Assembly: GCF_032444005.1 (NCBI RefSeq)
Contig: NC_091282.1
Span: forward strand, 332,258,001 to 332,322,000
Origin: Ranitomeya imitator
Lineage: Eukaryota
DNA: 64,000 nt
Direction: 5' to 3'
In this document: piece by piece, positions 11,101 to 20,266 of the stretch
Numbering within the stretch: position 1 is the first letter of the stretch
Layout of the letters: every line of letters starts with the position of its first letter
Made by a program: the position numbers and the translations under genes
The notes under the pieces: generated by a model
What the model was told of the DNA's origin: nothing
The model's input: only the letters and a program-made list of their open reading frames with translations
The model's database searches: none

Positions 11101-12384
11101 GTGGCTAGATCCTTTTGGTGGCCGTCTTTGTCGCGAGATGTGCGTTCTTTTGTGCAGTCCTGTGGGACTTGTGCTCGGGCTAAGCCCTGCTGTTCTCGTG
11201 CCAGTGGGTTGCTTTTGCCCTTGCCGGTCCCGAAGAGGCCCTGGACGCATATCTCTATGGATTTTATTTCAGATCTCCCTGTCTCTCAAAAGATGTCGGT
11301 CATTTGGGTGGTTTGTGATCGCTTCTCTAAGATGGTCCATTTGGTACCCTTGTCTAAATTGCCTTCCTCCTCTGATTTGGTGCCATTGTTTTTCCAGCAT
11401 GTGGTTCGTTTACATGGCATTCCGGAGAACATCGTTTCGGACAGAGGTTCCCAGTTTGTTTCGAGGTTTTGGCGAGCCTTTTGTGCTAGGATGGGCATTG
11501 ATTTGTCTTTTTCCTCGGCTTTCCATCCTCAGACAAATGGCCAAACCGAACGAACTAATCAGACTTTGGAAACATATCTGAGATGCTTTGTTTCTGCTGA
11601 TCAGGATGATTGGGTGTCCTTTTTGCCTTTGGCTGAGTTTGCCCTTAATAATCGGGCCAGCTCGGCTACTTTGGTTTCGCCGTTTTTCTGCAATTCTGGT
11701 TTCCATCCTCGTTTCTCTTCAGGGCAGGTTGAGTCTTCGGACTGTACTGGTGTAGATACTGTGGTAGATAGGTTGCAGCAGATTTGGACTCATGTGGTGG
11801 ACAATTTGACATTGTCCCAGGAGAAGGCTCAACGTTTCGCTAACCGCCGGCGCTGTGTGGGTCCCCGACTTCGTTTTGGGGATTTGGTTTGGTTATCGTC
11901 TCGTTATGTTCCTATGAAGGTTTCCTCTCCTAAGTTTAAGCCTCGTTTCATTGGTCCGTATAAGATTTCTGAGGTTTTCAATCCTGTGTCGTTTCGTTTG
12001 ACCCTTCCAGCTTCTTTTGCCATCCATAATGTATTCCATAGGTCATTGTTGCAGAGATACGTGGCGCCTGTGGTTCCATCCGTTGATCCTCCTGCCCCGG
12101 TGTTGGTTGAGGGGGAGTTGGAGTATGTGGTAGAGAAGATTTTGGATTCTCGTATTTCGAGACGGAAACTCCAGTACCTGGTCAAGTGGAAGGGTTATGG
12201 TCAGGAAGATAATTCCTGGGTCTTTGCCTCCGATGTTCATGCTGCTGATCTGGTTCGTGCCTTTCATTTGGCTCGTCCTGGTCGGCCTGGGGGCTCTGGT
12301 GAGGGTTCGGTGACCCCTCCTCAAGGGGGGGGGTACTGTTGTGAATTCTGTTGTCAAGCTCCCTCCTGTGGTCATGAATGGTAG
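8161..12384 (+). CDS. gag-pol: Gag-Pol polyprotein (gag with CCHC knuckle, protease, RT, RNase H, integrase, chromodomain), 1407 aa; likely main start ATG 8275
   Basis: CFYCGDSTHAISDC, FVDSGAA, YLDD, TDHKNL, H-H-C-C plus D,D,E integrase, GPY motif, EYVVEKILDSR...YLVKWKGY chromodomain. The RNase H Glu is changed (NRQLLA). Confidence 0.95.
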   Translation: MHLNRGIREVLRPFFFLCSVFCLSFPLYLWVVQDTGVDMDIQGLSSCMNNLTARVQNIQDFVVQNPMLEPRIPIPDLFFGDRSKFLNFKNNCKLFLALKPRSSGDPVQQVKIIISLLRGDPQDWAFSLVPGDPSLRDVDAFFLALGLLYDEPNSVDQAEKILLALCQGQDEAEVYCQKFRKWSVLTQWNECALAAIFRKGLSEALKDVMVGFPMPAGLNESMSLAIQIDRRLRERKAVHHLAVLSEHRPEPMQCDRTLTRAERQEHRRRNGLCFYCGDSTHAISDCPKRTKRFARSATIGTVQSKFLLSVTLICSLSSYSVMAFVDSGAALNLMDLEFARRCGFFLEPLQHPIPLRGIDATPLAKNKPQYWTQLTMCMAPAHQEDIRFLVLHNLHDVVVLGLPWLQVHNPVLDWKSMSVSSWGCQGVHGDVPFLSISSSTPSKVPEFLSDYRDVFNEPKSSALPPHRDCDCAINLIPGSKFPKGRLFNLSVPEHAAMRSYVKESLEKGHIRPSSSLLGAGFFFVAKKDGSLRPCIDYRLLNKITVKFQYPLTLLSDLFARIKGASWFTKIDLRGAYNLVRIKQGDEWKTAFNTAEGHFEYLVMPFGLSNAPSVFQSFMHDIFREYLDKFLIVYLDDILVFSDDWESHVKQVRMVFQVLRANSLFVKGSKCLFGVQKVSFLGFIFSPSTIEMDPVKVQAIYDWTQPTSVKSLQKFLGFANFYRRFISNFSSVAKPLTDLTKKGADVVNWSSAAVKAFQELKRRFSSAPVLCQPDVSLPFQVEVDAYEIGAGAVLSQRSSDGSVMKPCAFFSRKFSPAERNYDVGNRQLLAMKWAFEEWRHWLEGAKHHVVVLTDHKNLFYLESAKRLNPRQARWSLFFSRFDFVVSYLPGSKNVKADALSRSFVPDSPGVPEPAGILKEGVILSAISPDLRRVLQKFQADRPDGCPAEKLFVPDRWTSRVISEVHCSVLAGHPGIFGTRDLVARSFWWPSLSRDVRSFVQSCGTCARAKPCCSRASGLLLPLPVPKRPWTHISMDFISDLPVSQKMSVIWVVCDRFSKMVHLVPLSKLPSSSDLVPLFFQHVVRLHGIPENIVSDRGSQFVSRFWRAFCARMGIDLSFSSAFHPQTNGQTERTNQTLETYLRCFVSADQDDWVSFLPLAEFALNNRASSATLVSPFFCNSGFHPRFSSGQVESSDCTGVDTVVDRLQQIWTHVVDNLTLSQEKAQRFANRRRCVGPRLRFGDLVWLSSRYVPMKVSSPKFKPRFIGPYKISEVFNPVSFRLTLPASFAIHNVFHRSLLQRYVAPVVPSVDPPAPVLVEGELEYVVEKILDSRISRRKLQYLVKWKGYGQEDNSWVFASDVHAADLVRAFHLARPGRPGGSGEGSVTPPQGGGYCCEFCCQAPSCGHEW

Positions 12385-13157
12385 TTCGGCTGGTTCTGTC
12401 CATGGGCTTCCTCTGGTGGTTGTGAGTGGAGCTGCTGCTTCTGAGTTTCCTTCCACAGGTGACGAGGTTAATTCGTTAGCTGGCTGCTCTATTTAGCTCC
12501 ACTTAGATCATTGCTCCATGCCACCTGTCAATGTTCCAGTATTGGTCTTGTTCTCTCCTGGATCGTTCTTGTGACCTGTCTTCCCAGCAGAAGCTAAGTT
12601 CCTGCTTGCTTTTCTCTGGTTTGCTATTTTTCTGTCCAGCTTGCTATTTTGATTTTGTCTTGCTTGCTGGAAGCTCTGGGACGCAGAGGGAGCGCCTCCG
12701 CACCGTGAGTCGGTGCAGAGGGTCTTTTTGCGCCCTCTGCGTGGTCTTTTTGTAGTTTTTTGTGCTGACCGCAAAGTTACCTTTCCTATCCTCTGTCTGT
12801 TCAGTAAGTCGGGCCTCACTTTGCTAAATCTATTTCATCTCTGTGTTTGTAATTTTCATCTTTACTCACAGTCATTATATGTGGGGGGCTGCCTTTTCCT
12901 TTGGGGAATTTCTCTGAGGCAAGGTAGGCTTTATTTTTCTATCTCTAGGGCTAGCTAGTTTCTTAGGCTGTGTCGAGTTGCATAGGGAGCGTTAGGAGCA
13001 ATCCACGGCTATTTCTAGTGTGTGTGATAGGATTAGGGATTGTGGTCAGCAGAGTTCCCACGTCTCAGAGCTCGTCCTATATTATTGTAACTATCAGGTC
13101 TTTCCATGTGCTCTTATCCACCAGGTCCATAATTGTCCTAACCACCAGGTCATAACA
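12337..13157 (+). repeat. Gypsy A 3' LTR
   Basis: Follows PPT CAAGGGGGGGGGTAC; matches the 5' LTR. Confidence 0.97.
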
Positions 13158-14623
13158 GTCAGGCCGATGCATTGCGACGGCCCCGTACCGACGTAAGTGT
13201 GAAAGAAGCCTAACCCTAAATTTAGCGCCAACCCTAATCCTAACCCTAACCCTAATACTAGCCCTAACCCTAATTTTAGCCCCAACTGCTCTTCTCCTGC
13301 CGGCCAGCAGATGGAGACAGATGGCGGGCGCACCGCGCATGCGCCCGCCATTTTCTTATCCCCAGAAGACGCCGGCGGCCAGGAGGAGCAGCAGGAGGAC
13401 CCAGGGACACCGGTAAGTATAATAGGGTCCCCGAATCCCCCTATTTCTCTGTCCTCTGATGTGCGATCACATCAGAGGACAGAGAATTACACTTTGCTTT
13501 TTTTTTGAAGATGTCGGCGCCCACCGGGAGCCACGAGGAGCACCGGGGGAGATAGGTGAGTATCGGGGGGCTATCTGGGACCCTCTTTCTCTGTCCTCTG
13601 ATGTGCGATCACATCGGAGGACAGAGAAATTAAAAAGAAATCGCGTTTTTTTTTTTGCGATCGCCGGTAAACGGTTAATTACCGGCGATCGCAAAAGCGG
13701 GGTGGGTAAAAAAAACCCCGAATCATGTTCTCTGGGGTCTCGGCTACCCCCGGCAGCCGAGACCCCGGAGAAAATCCGACTCTGGTGGGCGCTATTTACT
13801 TTTTCCACAGCGCCGTTAATTAACGGCGCTGTGGTTTAAGTACCCTTAGCGGCCGCCGTTAAAAGGCGTATCGGCGGTCGCTAAGGGGTTAAATAGGTAA
13901 CTCCAGCGGTGTTAAAGTTTATAAAGTTTTTATTTTAAAATTCTGACCCATAACATGAGGAAAAACTTGTGAATATCTGGACTTGTTCACATAATACACA
14001 AATGGAGTGGTCGTAATTGTGAAAACCCTTTAAAGCAAGCCAAATATCTGTTGTTTTAGATCTTTGATAAAAAGGCAAGGAGATAAAATGGAGCTTAAAG
14101 TGGGAGATTTTTGACTACTTAGCATATATTTGTATTACTAATAATACTGGCCAATTTAGTATTGGTTCAAAATTGGCAAATTCTTTTTTACTATATAAAC
14201 AATATTGTCATATTATGGGTTGCACTGGGGAAATAAGTATTTGATCCTTTGCTGATTTTGTAAGTTTGCCCACTGACAAAGACATGAACAGTCTATAATT
14301 TTAAGGGTAGGTTAATTTTAACATTCAGAGATCCAAAAACACTGGTATTACTTACCTGATAATGTGTTTTTTCGGGACCCATGACGGCACTACGAGAGAG
14401 GGGATCCGCCCTTCAAGGACAGGAAACCTTCGAGAGAAAAAGGGTGGCTCCTCTCTCCGCATCAGATGTTTTCCAGAACACGAGAGGAACCCCGCTGATT
14501 AGTGTACATTCAAAATCATACATCCATTTATATTTTACATTTCTAGCTACCAACACCCAAGGGAGTGTCTTAACTATAATGATGCACCGAAACAAAAAAA
14601 CATGATCAATAGGGAGGGACTAT

Positions 14624-14670
14624 AAGTAATACCCGTGTTTTTCAGTCACCCATGATGGCACCACGAGAGA
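14624..14670 (-). other. DIRS internal complementary region (ICR)
   Basis: AAGTAATACCCGTGTTTTTTCAGTCACCCATGATGGCACCACGAGAGA. Its left part is the inverted complement of the 3' terminus (14335-14353); its right part matches the 5' terminus (reverse complement of ~28615-28646). Confidence 0.9.
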
Positions 14671-15114
14671 ATTACAGGTACTTGTAGTTACTTAGGGAGG
14701 GATCACGGCTTGTAACACCCTTCTCCCAAATGTCAGGTCAGAAGAAGCAGAAAGATCTAACCTATAGTGTCTGAAGAAAGTATGAGAGGACCAAGTGGCC
14801 TCCTTACAAATTTGGTCGATGGAAGCATCTGCTCTCTCCGCCCAGGATGTCGCCATGGCTCTTGTGGAATGGGCCTTCAGACCTTCAGGAATAGCCCTGC
14901 CTGCACTGACATAAGCTAGTTTAATGGCCTCTCTCACCCATCTAGCTATAGTCTGTTTGGACACCATAAGGTCCTTCCTCGACCCTTGAAAAGAGACAAA
15001 CATGGCCCTCCTCCAGGGCTCTGTTACCTCTAAGTAGCATAGGAGGCATCTCCTAACATCCAGGCAATGAAGCCTCTCTTCCTTCCAGTTACTCGGGTTA
15101 GGACAGAAAAATGG

Positions 15115-16097
15115 TGTTAAGGACTGGCGGAACGCACCATGTATAGATGGTAAGAAACTAGGTGCGTTCGCAGTCCGAGGTCCACCGTGCAGGTAAAAGA
15201 CCCTGCAGCTAGCAAGACGGACAATATGGCGGTACACTAAAGGATACACGCGTGGGTTAAACCTCACCCAGCGTGAAGAAAGCGATCCTGTTAATCCACA
15301 GGACCGCAGTACCGCACTAGTGCGCGAGCAAGTGGTCAGCGGACTTAACCCCAGAAGGGATTGGAGCCCGATTAGACCCTTGCTGGCGTAACACCGCAAC
15401 TGGGTGTGTAGAGAACCTTAAGGAATATAAGTGCACAAGAGTGCGAGCGATGCCGCACTAACGGACGCCACTAACCACCCAGACTCGGGTATGGAAAGCG
15501 CAAGACAGGCGCACGGCGCCGTACTGGCAGGCACAGCTACAGGACGCTGAGATGTGTTTTTAGTGCTGTAGGCTAAGTCGGGCGCTAGGTAGCAGCCATA
15601 CACCTTCCGCGAACAGACATTCAATAGGGAAGGGGTTTCCAAGGACGACTTGCACTCACAACATACACACATCAACAATTGTTTGACAATACTAGCGCAT
15701 GGCCGTGCGGTCATGCGCAGTTTATATAACAGCAGCACAGGAAGTGGCCACAGCACTTTTGCCCTTCTAGGACCTGCCAAGAGGACCAATGGAATGTGCT
15801 GCAGAGCCTGAGCACATGACCCTCGATCTCCAACGGGAGACCTTACGCTGGGCATGCTCAGTACATGCAGACAAGGACTTAGTCCCAGAGAAGTCCGCTC
15901 GCTGCTGACCAGCACTGACTTTAATGGCAGAGACTGGAGAAGCAGCACTAACTCTCAGAACAGAGTGAGAATGAGCAAGACGCTGGGACCGACGTCCTTG
16001 CTGAGCAGGCTCCACTGCGGCTGGACAAGAATGGGAGACCGCAGCGGAAGTGGCTCGAGATTCCCCCTGTGCAGAAGCGGGAACTCGACCCCTAACA
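15115..16097 (-). repeat. Gypsy B 3' LTR
   Basis: Direct repeat of 20267-21249. Confidence 0.97.
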
Positions 16098-19000
16098 TTA
16101 CCCCCCCTCCTAGGGCCCCCCCCTCCTTGGGCCTCGCTACGTTCGAAGACAGCAATGAGCTGCGGAGCCCGAATGTGCTCCACAGGCTCCCAGGTTCTAT
16201 CCTCTGGACCATGACCCTTCCAATCCACCAAATAAAATTTTTTGCCACGTACCACCTTGCTTCCCACAATAGCATTCACCTCAAACTCATCCGTGGATGA
16301 ACCCGATGTCCCAGCAGATAACTCAGAAAACCGAGACAAACGAACGGGTTTTAAGAGGGAAACGTGAAAGGTATCGGTGATACCAAGGCGTGGAGGAATG
16401 GCCAAACGGTAAACCACAGGGTTGACCTGTTCCAGAACTTTAAACGGGCCAATGTAGCGAGGAGCAAACTTAGTGGACTCAACTCGCAGCCTGATGTTAC
16501 GGGCGGAGAGCCACACTAAGTCGCCGGGAGCAAAGACCGGAGCGGGACGCCGGTGTGTATCAGCCGAAACCCTCATTCTCTCCTTGGAGGCCCGAATGGC
16601 ATCCTGTGTGCGGTCCCAGATGTCCCGTGCCTCCACCGCCCAGTCTGCCACCCTAGAATCGGTGGATGACACGGGCATGGGCACAGGAACACGCGGATGC
16701 TGGCCGTAATTAAGGAGAAAAGGAGTTTGGCCAGTGGAATCGGCTACGGCGTTGTTCAAGGCAAATTCCGCCCAAGGTAGCAAAGATGCCCAGTCATCCT
16801 GCCTAGCGGAGACGAAATGTCGCAAATACGTCACCAGAGTCTGGTTGGTTCTCTCCACCAACCCATTCGTCTCGGGATGATATGCAGAGGAGAGGTTTAA
16901 CTCTATGCTGAGCAAACGGCAGAGCTCTCTCCAAAACCGAGACGCGAACTGGGGACCCCGATCGCTGACAATCTTATCAGGCATACCATGCAATCGAAAA
17001 ACATGCTTCATGAACAACACCGCCAAGGCCCGTGCTGAGGGTAACCGAGGAAGCGGTACCAAATGTACCATCTTAGAGACATGGTCGGTGACTACCCAAA
17101 TTATGGAGCAGCCACGCGACTTGGGTAAGCCCACCACAAAGTCCATTCCGACCATCTCCCAGGGCCTGTCTGCCACCGGTAGAGGGTAAAGCAACCCAGC
17201 AGGCCGTTGCCGAGGAGACCGATTCTGGGCGCAAGAAACGCACGCCTGAATATAGTCCTTGACATCTCGGACCATATGCGGCCACCAATATGTTCTCGCC
17301 AAAAGCTCAGACGTCCTCTTGGTCCCAAAATGCCCACCCACTCTGGAGGAGTGAGCCCAAGAGAGAACCTCCGGTCGCAAGTTAGCTGGCACGAAAGTCT
17401 TGCCCGGGGGCACAGACTCCAGCGAAACCGGAGCTACAGTTCTCAAGCTCTCAGGCGGGACAATAAGCCGAGGCTCCTCCTCCTCCTCCTCAGATGACAC
17501 TACGGAGCGGGAGAGAGCGTCGGCACGAACGTTCTTCTCCCCGGAGAGAAAATGGAGGGTAAAATGGAACCGGGAGAAAAACAGGGACCATCTAGCCTGG
17601 CGAGAATTTAGCCGCTGGGCCGTCTGTATATACACCAAGTTCTTGTGATCAGTGAAGACTTGGAAGGGAAAGCGAGCTCCCTCCAAGAGGTGTCTCCACT
17701 CTGAAAAAGCCAACTTCATGGCTAGCAACTCCCTGTCCCCGATGGAATAATTCCTCTCCGCTGGTGTGAAAGTTTTGGAGAAGAAGAAGCAAGGATGCTT
17801 CCGACCTTGAGCATCCTTTTGGAAAAGGACTGCTCCAGCACCAACGGATGAGGCATCCACCTCCAAGATGAATGGTTTATCTACATCGGGGCGATGTAAG
17901 ATGGGAGCGCTAGCGAAGTGTGACTTAATCGAGAGAAAAGCCTTGGAGACCTCCTCTGACCACAACTTGGGATTTGCTCCCTTCTTGGTGAGGGCGACCA
18001 AGGGAGCTACCAAAGTTGAGAAGTGTGGAATGAACTGGCGATAGTAATTAATGAACCCCATAAAGCGCTGCACCGCTTTAAGAGAATGGGGTTCCTGCCA
18101 GTCCATTACTGCCTGTAGCTTGGCAGGATCCATAGCCAAACCCTGGGCAGAAATGATATACCCAAGGAAAGGCAAGGACTCCTGCTCAAACACACACTTC
18201 TCCAACTTAGCGTAGAGGGAGTTTGCCCGTAAGAGGTCGAAGACTTTGCGAACATCTCTCCGATGGGAGTCTATATCTGGAGAGTAGATGAGAATGTCAT
18301 CCAGATAGACTACGACCGAGGTGGTGAGCATATCCCGAAAGATGTCATTCACAAAGTCTTGGAAAACGGCTGGGGCATTACAGAGCCCAAAGGGCATCAC
18401 TAGATATTCATAGTGCCCATCCCTGGTGTTAAAAGCCGTCTTCCATTCATCCCCCTCACGGATGCGAATCAGGTTGTAAGCACCCGGCAGATCTAACTTT
18501 GTAAATACCTTTGCTCCCCGTAGCCTATCAAAGAGCTCAGATATCAGGGGTAATGGGTACTTGTTCTTAACGGTAATGGCGTTAAGACCCCTGTAGTCTA
18601 TGCATGGACGTAAGTCTCCAGTCTTCTTCTGTACGAAGAAGAACCCAGCCCCTGCCGGTGACACTGACTTCCTAATGAATCCTCTTGCCAGATTCTCCTG
18701 AATATACTGGGACATTGCCTCCGTCTCCGGGAGAGATAATGGGTAGACTCGACCCCGGGGAGGCTCAGCACCAGGCAAGAGGTCAATAGGACAGTCATAG
18801 GGACGGTGAGGCGGAAGAGTCTCCGCAGCTCTTTTGGAGAACACGTCTGCATGGGACCAATAGTGCTTGGGGAGAGAGGAAAGATCTGCGGGTACCTGTG
18901 TAGTAGCAACCTGAACGCACTCCCTCTGACATCTACCCTCACAGGATTTACTCCATCCCAAAATTCTCCCAGAGGACCACTCAATATGAGGAGAATGGTA

Positions 19001-20239
19001 GCGAAGCCATGGCATCCCCAACAGGACCTCATCAATTCCCTCAGGAATGACTAATAGGGAGATTATCTCCTGATGTGATGGAGACACAGACAGCGTGAAA
19101 GGAATGGTTTGGTGGGTAATCTGTGAAGGTAGTGTTGACCCATTTACCACTCGAACGGTCACTGGCTGGGCGAGCATCACCAAGGGTATTGCGTGACGCT
19201 GGGCAAAGGCGGAGGACATAAAGTTACCCTCTGCCCCAGAATCCAAGCAAAGCTCGACCGTAAGAGTGGATGGGCCTATGGTAATTGTCCCCTTGAAGGA
19301 CAACTTTGAGGCAAACGTCGCCGTGTCTAGTGTACCTCCTCCAACTGCCACTAGACGCTGACGTTTCCCCGACCGCTGAGGACTCTTGGAGACAAGACGT
19401 CCTGACTGCTGGCAAACATGACGGACCTTATGTGCACGAGCGGACTGAGACTTAGATCCCGCTCGTGTCACCTCCAAGGTCTCATGTGACTCAGATGCCT
19501 GGACTGGGGATTCCAAAGGTTTGGCGAAGGTAGGAGCCAGCCGAAACCTCTGCCTACACTGGGCTCGTTCCAACCTCCGCTCGTTAAAACGGAGGTCTAT
19601 ACGAGTAGAAATAGATATTAACTCCTCCAGTGTGGCAGGAATCTCCCTAGTGGCCAGAGCGTCCTTAACATGGTCAGCCAGGCCCCTCCAGAATATGGGG
19701 ATAAGGGCTTTGTCCGACCACTCCAGCTCGGAAGCTAAAGTACGGAATTGGACAGAAAAATGGCTGACCAAGGACTCACCCTGAGTTAATGCCAGTAGTT
19801 GGAGCGCTGTATCATGGGTGAGTTGAGGTCCTAGAAAGACCTTTTTCAGCGTGCCCAGAAACAACGGAGCACTCTGCACCACATGATCATCACGCTCCCA
19901 CAGCGGCGTAGCCCACTCCAACGCCCTGTCCGACAACAGCGAGACAATAAATCCCACCTTAGCCCGCTCTGTAGGAAAACGTGCAGCCAGGAGCTCGAGG
20001 TGGATAGAGCACTGACTCACGAATCCCCTACAAGTTTTGCAATCTCCAGAAAATTTTTCTGGCAACGGGAGGCGGGATAATGTCGGAACAGGGGTGGCAG
20101 TGGACAAGGTTGCTGCTGCCACGCCAGCAGCCTTTACAGCAACTGCGGTAACATCCACAGCTGAGGTTGAGTTCTCGAGAACCTTCAACCTACCCTCCAA
20201 CTGCTGGATATACCGCAAAGATTGCTGAATGTCCGCCAT
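15767..20239 (-). CDS. gag-pol: Gag-Pol polyprotein with chromodomain, 1490 aa (last ~110 aa read from the 3' LTR)
   Basis: LPEKFSG gag, CLDSGAEG protease, YLDD, EVDASS/RELLA/TDHKNL RNase H, H-H-C-C plus DDE integrase, EFEVNAIV...YLVDWKGHG chromodomain. Confidence 0.95.
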   Translation of the reverse strand: MADIQQSLRYIQQLEGRLKVLENSTSAVDVTAVAVKAAGVAAATLSTATPVPTLSRLPLPEKFSGDCKTCRGFVSQCSIHLELLAARFPTERAKVGFIVSLLSDRALEWATPLWERDDHVVQSAPLFLGTLKKVFLGPQLTHDTALQLLALTQGESLVSHFSVQFRTLASELEWSDKALIPIFWRGLADHVKDALATREIPATLEELISISTRIDLRFNERRLERAQCRQRFRLAPTFAKPLESPVQASESHETLEVTRAGSKSQSARAHKVRHVCQQSGRLVSKSPQRSGKRQRLVAVGGGTLDTATFASKLSFKGTITIGPSTLTVELCLDSGAEGNFMSSAFAQRHAIPLVMLAQPVTVRVVNGSTLPSQITHQTIPFTLSVSPSHQEIISLLVIPEGIDEVLLGMPWLRYHSPHIEWSSGRILGWSKSCEGRCQRECVQVATTQVPADLSSLPKHYWSHADVFSKRAAETLPPHRPYDCPIDLLPGAEPPRGRVYPLSLPETEAMSQYIQENLARGFIRKSVSPAGAGFFFVQKKTGDLRPCIDYRGLNAITVKNKYPLPLISELFDRLRGAKVFTKLDLPGAYNLIRIREGDEWKTAFNTRDGHYEYLVMPFGLCNAPAVFQDFVNDIFRDMLTTSVVVYLDDILIYSPDIDSHRRDVRKVFDLLRANSLYAKLEKCVFEQESLPFLGYIISAQGLAMDPAKLQAVMDWQEPHSLKAVQRFMGFINYYRQFIPHFSTLVAPLVALTKKGANPKLWSEEVSKAFLSIKSHFASAPILHRPDVDKPFILEVDASSVGAGAVLFQKDAQGRKHPCFFFSKTFTPAERNYSIGDRELLAMKLAFSEWRHLLEGARFPFQVFTDHKNLVYIQTAQRLNSRQARWSLFFSRFHFTLHFLSGEKNVRADALSRSVVSSEEEEEEPRLIVPPESLRTVAPVSLESVPPGKTFVPANLRPEVLSWAHSSRVGGHFGTKRTSELLARTYWWPHMVRDVKDYIQACVSCAQNRSPRQRPAGLLYPLPVADRPWEMVGMDFVVGLPKSRGCSIIWVVTDHVSKMVHLVPLPRLPSARALAVLFMKHVFRLHGMPDKIVSDRGPQFASRFWRELCRLLSIELNLSSAYHPETNGLVERTNQTLVTYLRHFVSARQDDWASLLPWAEFALNNAVADSTGQTPFLLNYGQHPRVPVPMPVSSTDSRVADWAVEARDIWDRTQDAIRASKERMRVSADTHRRPAPVFAPGDLVWLSARNIRLRVESTKFAPRYIGPFKVLEQVNPVVYRLAIPPRLGITDTFHVSLLKPVRLSRFSELSAGTSGSSTDEFEVNAIVGSKVVRGKKFYLVDWKGHGPEDRTWEPVEHIRAPQLIAVFERSEAQGGGGPRRGGNVRGRVPASAQGESRATSAAVSHSCPAAVEPAQQGRRSQRLAHSHSVLRVSAASPVSAIKVSAGQQRADFSGTKSLSACTEHAQRKVSRWRSRVMCSGSAAHSIGPLGRS

Positions 20240-20266
20240 ACTAGCCAGACCTTGGCGCTAGTATTC

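Larger units (their letters stand above)
7318..13157 (+). mobile_element. Ty3/Gypsy chromovirus LTR retrotransposon A, full length
   Basis: Two 821-bp LTRs (TGTTGTGA...TCATAACA), G-run PPT before 12337, 6-bp TSD GTCAGG, single gag-pol ORF. Confidence 0.98.
6948..13210. mobile_element. PIF/Harbinger-type MITE (~420 bp proper) hosting Gypsy A
   Basis: TAA TSD (6945-6947 and 13211-13213); TIR GGCTACTTTCACACTTGCGTC / GACGTAAGTGTGAAAGAAGCC. Confidence 0.85.
3420..13888. mobile_element. Non-autonomous piggyBac-like element with TTAA TSD, enlarged by nested insertions
   Basis: TTAA(3416-3419)|CCCCTTA[..]GTGAC ... GTCGCTAAGGGG|TTAA(13889-13892). Removing it rejoins the Penelope sequence. No transposase of its own. 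Confidence 0.85.
1210..14215 (-). mobile_element. Penelope-like element fragment, copy 1 (GIY-YIG endonuclease region plus 3' UTR), split into ~1210-1450, 3103-3419 and 13893-14215
   Basis: ORF 3057-3386(-) reads GCTIGPLKNRIRRHMSD...GIERVYRPTRGG...RESFCIFKLNTRTPLGLN, the C-terminal half of a PLE GIY-YIG domain. The three pieces join into one sequence collinear with the reverse complement of ~29950-32076. Confidence 0.8.
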
